From positions 7,254,001 to 7,318,000 of the forward strand of contig NW_027252779.1 of assembly GCF_044704955.1 (NCBI RefSeq): a stretch of 64,000 nt of DNA, written 5' to 3'. The notes under the pieces are model-generated. The model ran no database searches. It was not told where the DNA came from and saw only the letters and a list, made by a program, of their open reading frames with translations. Made by a program: the position numbers and the translations under genes. Of this stretch, positions 46,930 to 61,005 are shown piece after piece. Within the stretch, counting starts at the first letter, position 1. Each line of letters opens with the position of its first letter. The stretch is from Pristiophorus japonicus. Lineage: Eukaryota.

Positions 46930-49628
46930 TCGCAGGGCAGAAAGGAAAAGGAGGTGGGGGCCGTTGCTGGTTAAAGAGGAAATTAACGCAATAGTAAGGA
47001 AGGACATCAGCTTAGATGATGTGGAATCGCTATGGTTGGAGCTACGGAATACCAAAAGGCAGAAAACGCTTGTGGGAATTGTGTACAAACCACCAAACAG
47101 TAAATTGAGGTTGGGGATAGCATGAAACAAGAAATAAGGGATGTGTGCAATATAGGTACAGCAGTTATCATGGGCGACTTTAATCTGCATATTGATTGGG
47201 CTAAACAAACTGGTAGCAATGCGGTGGAGGAGGATTTCCTCGAGTGTATGAGGGATGGTTTTCCAAACTAATATGTCAACGAACCAACTAGTGGGCTGGC
47301 CATCCTAGAATGGGTGATGTGAAATGAGAAAGGACTAATTAGCAATCTTGTTGTGTGAGGCCCCTTGAGGAAGAGTTACCATAATATGGTAGAATTCTTT
47401 ATGAAGATGGAGAGTGACAACAGTTCATTCAGAAACTAGGTTCTGAACTTAAGCAATGGTAACTTCGATGGTATGAGACGTGAATAGGCTAAAATAGACT
47501 GGCAAATTATACTTGACCGTGGATAGGCAATGGAAAATATTTGAAGATCACATGGATCAACTTCAACAATTGTACATCCCTGTCTGGAGTAAAAATAAAA
47601 CACAGGACGTGGCTCAGCCGTGGCTAACAAGGGAAAGTAAGAATAGTGTTGAGTCCAAGGACGAGGCATATAAATTGGCCAGAAACAGCAGCAAAATTGT
47701 GGACTGGGTGAATTTTGTAATTTTATGGAGGAGAACAAAGGGTTTAAATAGGAGGGGTAAATAGAGTAGAAGAGGATGCTTGCTGGGAACATAAAAAATG
47801 ACTGCAAAATAGATATGTGAAGAGAAAAAGATTAGTGAAGACAAACATAGGTCTCTTGCAGTTAGATTCAGCTGAATTTCTAATGGAGAACAAAGAAATG
47901 ACAGACCAGTTGAACAAATACTTTGCTTCTGTCTTCACGAAGCAAGATACAAATGAACGTCTGGTAATACGAGGGGACCGAGGATCGATTGTGAAAGAGG
48001 AACTAAAGGAAATCCTTATTAGTTAGGAAATTATGTTCGGGAAATTGATGGGATTGAAGGTTGTTAAATTCCCGCGGAATGATAGCCTGCATCACAGAAT
48101 ACTGAAGGATGAGGCCCTAGAAATAGTGCATGCATTAGTGATCATTTTCCAACAGTCTATCTACTCGGGATCAGTTCCTATGGACTGGATAGTAGCTAAT
48201 GTAACACCACTTTTTTAAGAAAGGGGGAAAGAGAAAACGTGTAATTATGGACCGGTTAACTTGAAAGCAGTACAGGGTAAAATGTTCGAATCAATTATTA
48301 AAGATGAAATAGCAGCGTATTTGGAAAGCAGAGACTGGACCGGTCCAAGTCAGCATGGATTTATGAAAGGGAAATCATGTTTGACAAATCTTCTAGAAAG
48401 TCTTGAGGCTGTAATTGGTAGATGGACAAGGGAGAACCCTTAGATCTGGTGTATTTGGGCTTTCAACAGCCTATTGACAAGGTTCCGCACAAGAGATTGG
48501 TGTGCAAAATTAAACCACATGATATTGGGAGTAATGTACTGACGTGGATAGAGAACTGGTATGGCAGAAAGGAAGCAGAGTGTCTGGATAAACCGATCAT
48601 TTTCAGAATGGCAGGCAATGACTGCAGGGGTGCCGCAGTGCTCATTGCTGAGAGTCCAGCTATTTACTATATACATTAATGATTTACATGAAGGAATTGA
48701 GTGTGATATCTCCAAATATGCGAATGACGTTTAGCTGGGTTGCGGTGTGAGATGTGAGGAGGAAGCTGAAATTCTGCAGGGTGAGATGGAAAAACGCATG
48801 GCAGATGCAATATAATGTGGATAAGTGTGAGGTTATCCACTTTGGTGGCAAAAACACGAAGCAGAATATTCTCTGAATGGCGGCAGATTAGGAAAAGGAG
48901 AGTTGCAACGAAACCTGGTGTCATGGTACATCCGTCATTGTATGTTGGCATGCAGGTAGAGCAGGCGATAAAGAAGGCAAATGGTATGTTGGCCTTCATA
49001 ACTCGGGGATTTGAGTATCGTAACAGGGAAGTCTTACTGCAGTTGTACAGGGCCTTGGCGAGGCCTTACTTGGAATATTGTGTTCAGGTTTAGTCTTCTA
49101 ATCTGAGGACGGACGTCCTTGATATTGAGGGAGTGCAGCCAAAGTTCAGCAGACTGATTCCCGGGATTGCAGGACTGACACATGATGAGAGACGGGATCG
49201 ACTGGGCCTGCATTCACTGAAGTTTGGAAGGATGAGAGGTTAACGCATAGAAATATACAATATTCTGAAGGGATTGGACAGGTTAGATGCAGGACGATTG
49301 TTGCCAATGTTCGGGAATTCAGGAACAAGCGCACACATCTCAGAATAAGGGTAAGCCACTTAGAACTGCGATCAGGAGAAACTTCTTCACTCAGCGAGTT
49401 GTTAACCTGTGGAATTCCCTATCGCAGAGATTTGTTGATGCCAGTTTATTGGACATATTCAAGAGATAGTTACATATGGCCCTTATGGGTAAAGGGATCA
49501 AGGAGTATGGAGAGAAAGCAGGACAGGGGCACTGAGGTGATCGATCAGCCATGATCTTATTGAATGGTCGTGCATGCTCGAAGGGCTGAATGGCCTATAC
49601 CTGCAACTATTTAATATGTTTCTATATG
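46930..49628 (+). mobile_element. CR1 ORF2 from endonuclease to 3' tail, decayed
   Basis: GGGVA, VYKPP and IMGDFN (APE); SQHGFMKGKSCLTNLLE; C-terminus and tail. Confidence 0.9.
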
Positions 49629-49629
49629 C

Positions 49630-50492
49630 AGTACAGGTCAGATACAGAGTAAAGCTCCCGCTAGCCTGTCACATCAAACTCTTCGAGTGCCGTTACAGCG
49701 CTGGTTGTATAGTGAGTTACGCTCCCTCTCCGATGTTGCATCAAACAGTCCAATGGAAGGTAAAGCACGGGTTACATTCAGAGCAAAGACCTTTCGACAC
49801 TCCCCCATCAAACAATCACAGAATAGGTACAGCACGGATTTTCTATACAAAAAGTTCCCTCTCCACTGTCCCATCAAAATCTCCCAGGGCAGATTATATT
49901 CAGCATAAAGCTCATTCTATATTGTGCCATCAAACATTTCTAGTACACGAACAGCATGTTTAGATACAGAGTAAAATTCAAGCTACACTGTCCAATCAAA
50001 CATTAACAGTGCAGATCCAGCTCGGGTTAGGTAAAGACTAAAGCTGCATCTATACTGTCCCATCAAACACTCCATGGATAGCTTCTGCATGACTATGATA
50101 GTGAGTAAAGCTCCCTCTCCGATGTCGCATCAAACAATCCAATGGCAGGTAAAGCAGCGGTTACATTCAGAGCAAAGATCCCTGGACACTGTCCCATCAA
50201 ACGTTCCGTGGATAGCATCAGCACGGATAAAATAAAGAATATACCTCCCTCTACACTGTCCAATCAAACACTACCAGTGCAGGTTCAGCTCGGGTTATAT
50301 ACAGAGCAAAGCTCTCTCTACATTGTCACATCAAACATTTGCAGGATAATTCCAGCAAGGGTTAGACACAGATTAAATCTCCCTCTACACTGTCACATGA
50401 AATATTCCCAGGGCAGGTACAGGATGGTTTAGCTATCGATTAAAGCTCCTTCTATAATGTCCCATCAAACATTCCCAGGGCAGTTACAGCAA
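49630..50492. repeat. ~65-bp satellite array, about 13 diverged copies
   Basis: Unit ~caggtacagcacgggttagatacagagtaaagctccctctacactgtcccatcaaacactcccaggg; further monomers at ~46800-46920 and ~52695-52770. Confidence 0.9.
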
Positions 50493-50514
50493 GTAGCAAG
50501 ACAGAGGAAATCTC

Positions 50515-51755
50515 ATAAGAACATAAGCAAATAAGATATAGAATTAGGAGTCTGCCATTTAGCACCTCGATCGTTCTGCGCCATTCAAGAAGATCAAATA
50601 AGATCATGGCTGATCTGACCATGGACTCAGCTCCACTTCCCTGCCCGCTCCCCATGACCCTTTATTCCCTTATCGCTCAAAGATCGGTCTATCTATGACC
50701 GTTAATATATTCAATGACCCAGCCTCCACAGCTCTCTGCGGGAGAGAATTCCATCGATCTACAACGCTCTGAGAGAAGAAGTTCCTCCTGATCTCAGTTT
50801 TAATGGGGGTCCCTTATTTTGAGACTATGTCCCCTTATTCTGATACTATGTCCCGCTTGAGTGGAAATATCATCTGTGCGTCCACCTTGTCGAGTCACAT
50901 CATTATCTTTTCTGTTTCGATATGATCACCTCTCAATCTTTTGAACTCCAATGTGTATATGCTCTACGTACTTAATCTGTCATCATAATTCAAAAGCCTC
51001 ACCTCCGGAGTCAACACAGTGAAACTTCTTTGAAAAGCCTCCAATGCAAGTATATGATTCGTTAAATACGGAGAGCAAAACTGCACGCAGTAAACAATGG
51101 GTGGCCTTACTAATACCCTGTACCGTTGTATCAGGAATTTGCTTATTTTATACTCGACATCCCTTGCAATAAAGGCCAACGTTCCATGTGCCTTTCTGAT
51201 TAACTGCTGTACATGCACCCTAATTATTGTGTTTCATGTACAAGGACACCAATTCCCCTGCACAGCAGTACTTTTCATTATTTCTCCATTTAAATTATCA
51301 TTTGCTTTTCTATTTTTTCTGCCAAGGACGATTACCTTAAATTTTCCCACACTATACTCAATCTGCCACATTTTTACCTACTCAAAAAGTCTCTCTTTAC
51401 CCCTTTGCATATTTGTTGTTTCCACCTCACAATTTGCTTTCCCACCCAAGTTTGTAGCATCAGAAACCTAGGCTATGTTGCCCTTGGTCCCTTCACCCAG
51501 GTCATTAATATTGATAGAAAATAGCTGATGACCCAGCAACGATCCCTGCGGCACCCCACCAGTCACTTTTCCCCAACCAGGAATGAACTATTTATCCCGA
51601 ATATCTGTTTTCTCTTTGTTATCGAATACTCTATCCATGCTAATATTTTACCCGGATCCCCGTGAAGTTTTATCTTTTTATGTGGCAGCTTACCGATTGC
51701 CTTCTGGAAATCCCATTACACCACATCCACTGGTTCCCTGTTACCCACCATGCTC
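50515..51755 (-). mobile_element. CR1 3' portion
   Basis: Reverse tail and 3' UTR; ORF 50964-51218 LVRPPIVYCVQFCSPYL. Confidence 0.85.
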
Positions 51756-51879
51756 CTATCTCCCTCCAAATTTCCAATTATGATTTCCTAGGCCATTTGC
51801 AGCACGGATTTGATACAGTGTAAAAGTCCTTCTGCATTCTGAATACTGCCAATTGATAAGAATTGCCTTATTAAGTAGC

Positions 51880-52692
51880 GAATAAAGTGGCAGCTGGTGT
51901 AAATGGTGGGGAAATGTGAGTTCATTCACTTTTGTAGAAATAATAGAATTCAGAATATTTTTTAAATGTTGGTCTTCAGAGAGATGTGGTTGTCCTTGGT
52001 CAAGAAACACAGAAAGCTAGCATGCAGGTAAGGCAAGCAATAAGGAAGTCAAATGGCATATTGTCCTTTATTGCAAGCAATTTGAATTCCAAGAGTAAAG
52101 TAGCATTTCTACAATCTAACACGGCTCGGTGAGACCACACATGGCGTACTGTGCACAATCTTGCTCAACATATCGAAAGAAGGATATACGTTCCTTGGAG
52201 GTTGCAGACCGGAGGTTTACTAGATTGATTCCTGGGATGAGAGGGCTGCCTTATGAAGAGAGACGATTAACGTTTGACTGTATTCTCTGGAGTTTAGAAG
52301 GATGAGAGTTTAAACATAGAATTTAAACGAGGATTTACAGGGTAGATGCTGAAAGGTTGTTTCCCCTGGATGTAATGCACATATCGAGGAGTCACAGACT
52401 CAAGATTTGTGGTCGACCATTTAAGGCAGACATGAGGAGGAATTTCTTCATTCAGAGGGTTTGGAATCTTTGGACTTCTCTGTCCCAGAGCGCAGTGGAT
52501 GCTGAATCTCTGAATATTTCAAAGGCCGAGATTGGTAGGTTTTTGGAGTCGAGTGGAATCGACAGATAATGGAATCGGGCGCTAAAGTGGAGTTGAGGTC
52601 GAAGATCAACCATGATCTTATTGAATGGTGGACCAGGCTTGATGGACCATTCGGCCTTCTCATGCTCCAAACTTTATGTTCTTATGTTTCTT
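51880..52692 (+). mobile_element. CR1 3' portion
   Basis: MRRNFFIQRVWNLWTSL, 3' UTR and ttatgttcttatgtttc tail. Confidence 0.85.
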
Positions 52693-52771
52693 TATCTACA
52701 CTGCTGCATCAAACACATCCAGGGCAGGCACAGCATTAGTTAGATATAAATTAAAGTTCCTTCTGCACATT

Positions 52772-52982
52772 CGCTCCATCTCTCCCTCTCAATCTTTCTC
52801 TCTCGTTGCCTCTCCCTCTCCCTCCCATCGGCTCTCTCCCTCTCCGACCATCTCTCTTTGCCTCTCTCGCACTGCGTCTCTCTCTCATCTCTCTCTCTCG
52901 CACCATCTCCTTTCCATCTTCTCTCTCTCTCTCTCCTTTCCACCATCTCTTTCTCGGTCTCTGTCTCTCTCTTGCTGTGTCT
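52772..52982. repeat. Degenerate (CT)n microsatellite
   Basis: Directly visible. Confidence 0.9.
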
Positions 52983-53229
52983 CATATTTAACCAAAGTTA
53001 TCGCAATTCGGGGCCCACCACTTTAGATTGGTACCTTGCGCAAGTCAATCTGCTATTTAAAACTGTTGCGAGATGGAAACCAGGGAATTATATATCACTA
53101 AAATGCTATGTGCTGTCGGACAAGTACTAGAGTCTACAATTAAGGGGAGGGTTTCTGAACAACTAGAATATTTTCAGTTGGTCAGAGAGTGCCAGCATTG
53201 ATTTGTGAAAGATAGGTCTTGCTTGACAA

Positions 53230-55630
53230 AGGTGGCGAGATCTCGGCGAAATGCTAGGTGGGAGGAAGACCAGCGGAGGCCCGAGAGCAGAGGGGGCATG
53301 GGCGGGAGCAGGAGCAGATTTGGAATAAACAGCGCGGCATGCTCGTGTGCGGAGGCGGCGAGATGGGGAACGAAAACAGATTTGCGAGCATCTCATTACA
53401 TGCAGAAGTTGAATGTTTGACGTCAGAGTGATATACCAAAACTGCGGTCGGCAGATGGGATGAAACTGATTGATCCGTAGCTGGTGAAAGTTTTTCAAAG
53501 TTTTATGTTCACTTCTTTTAAGTCAATTCTTACTCTATTAAATAGGACAGCTTAGTCCACTGGAAAGTATTGGGCGCATCCCGAATCTGGGGCAAAGATA
53601 TGTGCAGTAATTGATATCAGCTGGAGGACTGCGAGATCTGGTCTTCGGTGCTTGTGTAGCTGCTGGCGTCGCTGCGGTACATTTTTGAGGCTGAGAGCTA
53701 CGTGGATAGCATGTTTATAGAGGTGATTACCCCGCAGCTTAAGAGTATTCAGCCAGAGAGACAAATAGGACCAAGCAGGTATTGTAAGAGTTTTATGAAT
53801 GAATCGCCCTCTCCAACCAGTATTCTGCTCTGATTACTGGTGAGGGCGATTGGGACGCTGCGGAATGCAGCCAGAGCCATGTGCACGACACTATGGCTGG
53901 CTCAGCTGTATAGGGGGGAGGAAGAATAATGGAAGAGCTATAATGGCTTTGGATTCTACAGTCAGGGGAGCAAACAGGCGTTTTTGAGACTTTCGACGTG
54001 ATCCAGGATGGCATGTTGTCTCCCAGGTTTCACGATTAAGGAAGGTAGCGAGCAGTTGCAGGACATTCCGAGAGGGGAGGGTGAACAATCAGAGCTCCTC
54101 TTCCCCATCAGTACCAACGACATAGGTACAAAGCGCGATGAGCTCCTGCAAGTGGATTTTAGGGAGCTAATAGAGAGTTTAAAGACCATGCCGTCCAAGG
54201 TAATAATCTCCCAATTACTTCCGGCGCCATGCACGAATGAGTAAACAAATAGGAGGGTACAGCATATTAATACGTGACAGGTGGATGGTGCAAGGGGATG
54301 GGCTTTAGTTTCCTGAGGCCTTGGGATCTTTTCTGGGGGAGGTGGGATCTATAAAGACGGACTGGTTACACCTCAACAGAGCTGGGATCAGTACCCTCAC
54401 AGGAAGGTTTGCTCCTACTGTGGGTGAGGGATTGAACTAATCTGGAAGGGTGATGTAACATTAGAACGGGGAGTGTGTGGGGGTGCTCAAAGTATTAGGG
54501 GAGGCTGAGTGCACTAAAATAGTATGGTATTAGTTTGGGTAAATCTAAGAGGGAATACATGGATATTCCAAGATGAGGTTACAATGTATGGATGTGAATG
54601 CACGAAGTGTAGGAAACGAGGCAAATGAGCTGCAGGCACAAATAGACGTATGGGAATATGATATAGTAGCAATACCTGAGATCTGGCACAATGGACAGGA
54701 GTGGCTAGTAAATATTCCTGGTTATATTATAGGAAAAATAGGGAAGGAAAGAGAGGTTTTGTTGTGGCATATTTGAATAACGAGAATGTTATAGTGTTGG
54801 AGAGGGAGGATAAACTGGATGGGTCAAACACAGAATTTATATGGCTCGAGTTGGGAAATAATAGTGTTGACATCAAACTACAAGATGTATTATATAGGAC
54901 TTCACATTTTGTGAAAAGATATGGAGGAGCAATTTAACAGAGCCATAGAGAGAGGAGCAAGAAATCTCGGGAAGTAGAAACGGTGGACTTCAACTATACT
55001 AATATAGACTCGGATTGTAATAGTGTAAAAGGCAGAGAGCTGCAGAGTTTCTGAAGTGTGTTCAGGAGAACTTTTATGATCAGTATATGGATTTCCAAAA
55101 GCTATTTTGACAACTTGCCAAATAATAGCCTTGCAAGCAAGTTTGAATTCCATGGCATGAAAGGTACAGTGACATCTTGGATATTATATTGCCTGAGTGA
55201 CAGGAACCAGATCGTCGTGGTGAACGGTTGTTTTTCGGACCGGACGAAAGTAAACAGTGGCGTTCGCCAGGGGTCGGTTCTAGGACCACTGCTTTTCTTG
55301 ATATACATTCTTGACGTCGGTGTGGATGCAGAGGGCAGTTGGGAATGCGGTTAATAATGTTTATGGGATCTTGGGCTTCATAAATATAATTATGTGATAC
55401 AAATTGTGCTAGCATTGATGAAGCGGTATAGCACACTGGTTCTGACCCAACTGGAGTACTGTGTCCAATTCTGGACATCGGACTTTAGATAGGATGTGAA
55501 GACGGCAAAGAGGGTTCAGTGAAGCTTTTGCGAGAATGTTTCAGGAATGAAGAATTTCAGTTACGTTGATAGTCTGGAGAAGCAGGGGTTGCTCGCCTTG
55601 GAGCAGAGAAGATTGAGAGCAGATTTGATA
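53230..55630 (+). mobile_element. CR1 retaining GC-rich 5' region, ORF1 (esterase) and endonuclease, with a large RT deletion
   Basis: ORF1 remnants EAESYVDSMF.EV.TP and MACCLPG...STNDIG; ORF2 start CMDVNARSVGN; jump at ~55085 to ymdf.k..fd and SGVRQGSVLGPLLFLIYI. Confidence 0.8.
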
Positions 55631-57205
55631 GCACAAAAATTTACAGCACGGAAGGAGCCCGTTTTGGCCCATCGTGTCCGCACCACCGCCAAAAAGCTAT
55701 CGAGCCGAATCCCACATTGCCGCTCTTGCTCCGTAGCCCTGTAGCTTCGAGTACTCCGAGAGCACATCCAATATCGTTTTATAATGTGGTTTGTGTTTCT
55801 GCATCTATCAACCTGTCAGGCAGTTAGGTCCAGATCCCCACCTTCCTCTGGGTGAAGACATTTCCTCTCATACCTCCTCTAAACCTCCCCCAGTTACATA
55901 AATCGATGCCCCTTGGTTGTTGACATTTCAGTCTCTGAACGTGCATTGACGCAAGTGTCATTCGTATATTGTAGTTTGACATTGGTTGGGACGGTCTTTT
56001 TTCTGGCCGAGAGATATCGAAGGTTGAACAGGTTCCTACTGCTCCTGTGTTCAATTTCCACTCATGTGGTGAGCTTGTTGAGTGTGAGGTGGAACATTGC
56101 AGCAAGCAAGATCGAGAAGAGTGTTGGCGCGAATGACGCAGCACTGCTTGACCCCCTTCCGGACGTGGTTTGGGTCTGTGATGGGTCCGTTGGTCAGAAT
56201 CCCGGCTTCCATGCCTTCGTGGATCATGCAGAGGATGGTGACAAACCTTTGCGGGAACCATTTGATATGCCTCAATAACGTTTCTCCTCAGCCTCCTCTG
56301 TTCTAATGAATTCAAACGCAACCAATCCAAACTTGTCTAATGGGCAAAAATGTCCAATCCAATCATCGCTCTTGTAAATCTTCTTCTGTATCCTCTCTAG
56401 TGCAATCACATCTTTCATTTAATATGGAGAACAGAACTTCAGGCAATACTCTAGTACTGGCCTAAATAGTGTTTTATACAGTTCAAACATAACCTCGCTG
56501 CTCTTGTCTTTTATGCCTTAGCTAACAAAAGTCAGTATAACAAATGCTTTTTTACCACCGCATCTCATTATCATATGACCTTCAGGGGCCTGAGGACAAG
56601 CACTCCAAGATCCCTTTGTTCCTCTACACTTTTCAGTACCTTACCATTTAACGCGTATTCACTTGCCTCGTTAGCCCTCCTCAAATGCATTACCTCACAA
56701 TTCTCCGCATTGAATTCAATTGTCATTTGTTCTGCCCACCTGGCCAATTCGTTGATATCTTCCTGCAGTCCACAGCTTTTTTCTTTATTATCAAACTCAC
56801 AGACGATTATAGTATAATGTGAAAACTTCTTATTAATATCGCCTACATTCAACTCTAAATCTTTTAACACAAAGATCAAGCGACGTTGTACTGAGCACTG
56901 CGGAACCCCGCTGAAAATACCCTTTCAGTCAAAACACACGCATCAACTTTTACCATTTGCTTCCTGGCACTGAGCATTTTTTGGATCCTACTTGCCACTT
57001 TGCCCTGGATGGGCTTTTACTTTCGTGAACAATCTGCTATGTGACACCTTATCAGAAGCCTTGCAAAACTCCATTGACACTACAGCAAATGCACTGCCCT
57101 CATCGAGAGTTCTTGTTGCATCCTCAAAAAATTCAAAAATATCAGTCAGACTCGACCTACCCGTAACAAATCCATGTTGACAGTCGTTGATTCACCCGGA
57201 CCTTT
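55630..57205 (-). mobile_element. CR1 RT to 3' end with nested RTE fragment (~55930-56270)
   Basis: CR1 motifs GLQEDINELARWAEQ and RGNVFTQR; RTE motif PQRFVTIL..IHEGMEA...GVKQCCVI. Confidence 0.8.
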
Positions 57206-57574
57206 CTAAATGAAAGAAAGACAGTGCAGGACTACAGAGAAATGGCGAGGTGGTGTGCGACAGGATGTGAGTCGGCAAGGGCTCGATTGGCCGAATGGGC
57301 CTCGTCCATGCTGTAACAATTTTATTACTCTGAATCTATGATTTTCGAAAGTTTTATAATGATTCATTAATGGACATGATGAATAGATGTGGCTATATCG
57401 GATTGCAAAGGGCTGCAAAGCCTTTATTGGAGATGCTGCCAGTATTCGTGCGGACAGCAGTTGCACTGACTCAGGAAGCATGTAACGGCTGTCCATGTTT
57501 GTGCAGGGTAGAGGACCCTTTCCAGAAAGACCTGAGAGAGAGTCGTACCCCGCACAGGGAGCCCAGTCTAGAGA

Positions 57575-57830
57575 GTGTGTGAGTGTATGAGCGTGTGATC
57601 CTTCACCCAGATCACTGGCCCATCACCGAGAGCCGAGGGGAGACAAGCAGTGAGTGACTGTGTTACTATTCGCCCAGATCACTGAACCATCACGCAGAGC
57701 GCATTGTAGACAGTGTGTGAGTGAGCATATTAATGTTGACCCCGATCATGGGTCGCTCACAGCGTGCCCAGTGTTCACAGTTTGTGAGTGAACGTGTTAA
57801 TATTCAGCCAGATCACTGGTTCCACGCAGT
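57575..57830. repeat. ~68-bp diverged minisatellite, about 4 copies, immediately 3' of the GPCR
   Basis: Recurring gtgagtga.cgtgttaatattcacccagatcactgg. Confidence 0.75.
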
Positions 57831-57843
57831 AAGAGCGACTCGA

Positions 57844-58784
57844 TCACAATATCAGGACGCAGGGATTCGGAGGCTGCAAAATCGCCGCTGCTTCCCATCG
57901 TTTAATGAATTTTACAAACAAAGTAAAGGGATATTTCCCCACATTCCTTAACTGCTCTCTGAACTTAGTCTGTGTCACGCAATAAATAACGGTGTTTGTG
58001 CAGTGCAGCATGAATCCAAATTCCCGCACATTAAACGGTAGAAATATCTGGCAAGCATCGAACCAGCGCAATGTGCCCCACAGAGAATGCACCATATATA
58101 CCGACCATAACAGGAAGAAATTCCCCGAGATAAGAAGCAGTAAAATGATGGATTTCCTGTGGCTCTCCATCTCTGGGTCACTGGGACTCTCCACATTGCT
58201 GGGACTCCGGAGACTCCTGCGGGCTCTGCTGGACACTAAAATGTGTCTGACGGTGAGAGCATTGAGCAGCACTATGATCACAAATGGGACACACGGGGTG
58301 AGGATGTAATGCAGGAACTCGATTGTTCCCCAGACAGTCGAAGTCATTAATCTGTTTTGTGTACGACAAAACCACGGGTTATTAAATAGCTGATATGCAT
58401 CTGACAGCATAAAATACCAGAAAATATCAATTAAGCAGCTCATCACAGTCATTGTTCCCAGAATCACAGCCGCCGTTTTCCCGCTGCAATATTTAGTCTT
58501 CAGCTTCTGGCAACAAATCGCCACAAATCGGTCAAAGGTGAAAGTGACAATGAACCAGACAGAACAGTTTGTGGTTGCAAAAACCAGGACAGCTTGGACA
58601 TTACACACGGGGAGGGACATCAGGAAATAGAAGTATCGCCGATAAACAATCGGAATGTGCCTCAATATCAGGTCGAGGATAATGACCAGTAGATCCGCCG
58701 CTGCCATGGCCACTAGGTAGCGAGTGACACATTGAGAGAGACCGCACTTTCCCCGAGACAGGATCACAATCGTTACTACGTTCA
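57844..58784 (-). CDS. Class A (rhodopsin-like) GPCR, GPR139/GPR142-like; main coding exon, possibly a pseudogene
   Basis: ORF 57844-58839 has TM1 end VNVVTIVIL, TM2 YLVAMAAADLL, TM3 SVWFIVTFTFDRFVAIC, TM5 PCVPF...LN.LT and TM7 TNTVIY..TQTKFR. A polypyrimidine tract and CAG acceptor end at 58785, so the first 18 ORF codons are probably intronic. Exon 1 was not located. Confidence 0.88.
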
Positions 58785-58844
58785 CTGTGAGGAAGGGAAA
58801 TAAACAGAGAAAATATACCTCAGTTGTGAGCAAGAGCAATAGTT

Positions 58845-61005
58845 TAATGGAATTTGGGGTGAAAAGTGCAAATCATTATCGAAATGTACATTTTTTGGCA
58901 ATACAATTAAGGAAACTGCAAAGGCGTACCCATAAATATATTGAGAACAAAAGGATAACGAAAGAAAGGGTAATGCGTAATACAGACCATGAGTGGAATC
59001 TATGTGTGGAGGCAGAAAATGTTGGAATGGTTCTTTATCAATTCGTTGCATCTATTTTCAGAAAGGAACGGGAAAATACAGATACTTCTAGCAACGAGGA
59101 GTGTGAAATTCTGGATGAAGTAAACATAATGAGAGAGGAGGTTTTAAGGGGTTTAGCAGCTTTGATAGTAGATAATTCCCCAGGCCCAGATGAATTGCAT
59201 CCCAGTCTGTTGAGCGAAGTAAAAGACGAAATAACAGAGGCCTTGACCATTACTTTCCCGTCATCTTTGGATTTGTGCCTGGTGCCGGATTAATGGAGGA
59301 CTGCTAATGTGCTACCGTTGTTTTAGAAGGGAAAAATAGATAGGCCAAATAATTAATGGTCTGTAAGCCTAATCTCAGTGATGGGAAAATTAGTGGATAC
59401 ATCTACATTTGGAAAGGCAAGGATTAATTACGGGCAGTCAGCACAGATTTGTTAAAGGTAGGTCATGCTTGACTAACTTGATTGAATTTTTAAGGAGGTA
59501 ACCTAGAGGTTCGATGAGGGTAGTGCATACGATGTAGTGTACAGGACTTTAGCAAAGCTTTTGTTAACGTCCCACATGTTACACTGGTCATGAATGTTAA
59601 TGCCCATGGGTTCCGGGTATCCAGGGCAAAGTGACAACTTGAATCAAAATTTGGATTAGAGATAGGAAGCAAAATGTAATGGTTGATGGATCTTTTTGTG
59701 ACATGAAGGATGTTTCGACTGGTGTGCCATAGAACTCAGTACTGGATCTCTTGCTTTAGTTGTAGATATCACTGATCAACATTTGAATATAGGGACCATG
59801 ATTAATAAGTTTGCACATGATAATAAAATTGTCTGTGTGGTTGCGAACTAAAAGGAAAGTCATGGACTACAAGAGAATATCAATATACTGGTCTGGTGGG
59901 CAGTGAAGTGGTAAAATGGAATTTCTTTCGGAGAAGTTTAAGCTAATGCAGTTTGGGAGGACTTAAAAGTGTTGATGAGCAGAGGGACCTTGGAGTGTTT
60001 GTACACAGATCGCTGAAAATATCAGGCAAGGTGGAAAAGCTGGTGGAGAAAGCATATAGAATTCTTGCTTTATTGGGCGAGGCATCGAATACAAGAGCAG
60101 GGATGCTAAGCTTACATTGTATAATAATCTGATTAGGCCACAGCTGGTATACTGATTGCAGTTCTGGGTGCCCTCTTATAGGATTGCAATAGAGAGGGTA
60201 CAGATGATGCCTTGAATTGAGAATCGTAGCTGTGAGGAAATATTGGATGGCCTGCGTCTGTTCTCATTCAAACAGAGGAGTTTGTGAGGAGACCTCACTG
60301 CGGTCTGAAACATTTTGAGGGGTCTGGATGAAGTGGATAGCAAATGCCAATTTCCATTTGTGGAGGGGTCATTTGGAGCAGTATAAGGTGGTTGTTGGAA
60401 GGTTCAGGGGGGATTTGAAGGGGGTTTTCTTCACGCAGAGGGTTCTGCATTACTGGACTGAACTGACTGGAAAAGGTGGTGGATGCAAAGACCATCATCA
60501 CATTTAAAATGTGCGTGGTTGGAACTTAAAGTGGCATAACATGCAGGATTAGAACCTAGTGCTCTTAAGTGGGAATATAATATATAACCTGTTGTTGGCT
60601 GACGCAGATACGATGGTAAGTACTGCAGCAAATCGAATACGGCCATGGTGATCTCCTGGACTGGTTTAGATCGCCTGCATGATTCGGAGACGAATTTTCC
60701 CAGATTGCTTTTCCTCAGTTCGCCTGGGTTTTTATTTGTTTTCTGCGCCTCCCAAGAGATCAGATGGTTCGGGCTTGGTTAGAGTGTAGAATATTTCGAT
60801 GGAATGTGTGTCGCAGTTGTATGCGGAAGATTGGTTGGCCTGGCTGCTCTTTACCTTTCCACCATGGTTAATTGTTCATATGTTTAGATATAAACTTCAG
60901 GGCTGCTGACCGAGAGCCGTGTGGCTCTTTTTCGGCTGGCGTGCACACGATGGGACTAAATGGCCTAATTCTACGCTTTGATTTCCTATGTTTCTATGTT
61001 TCTAC
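58845..61005 (+). mobile_element. CR1 ORF2 to long 3' UTR, lying in the inferred GPCR intron
   Basis: SPGPDELHP.LL; fskaf..vph; kfahd.k; (tttctatg)n tail; 3' UTR shared with 42320-42790. Confidence 0.85.

Noticed and set aside
58785-58839. ORF-track N-terminus of the GPCR (MLLLTTEVYFLCLFPFLT)
   Set aside because: Starts at a non-ATG codon and translates a polypyrimidine tract ending in CAG; best read as intron.
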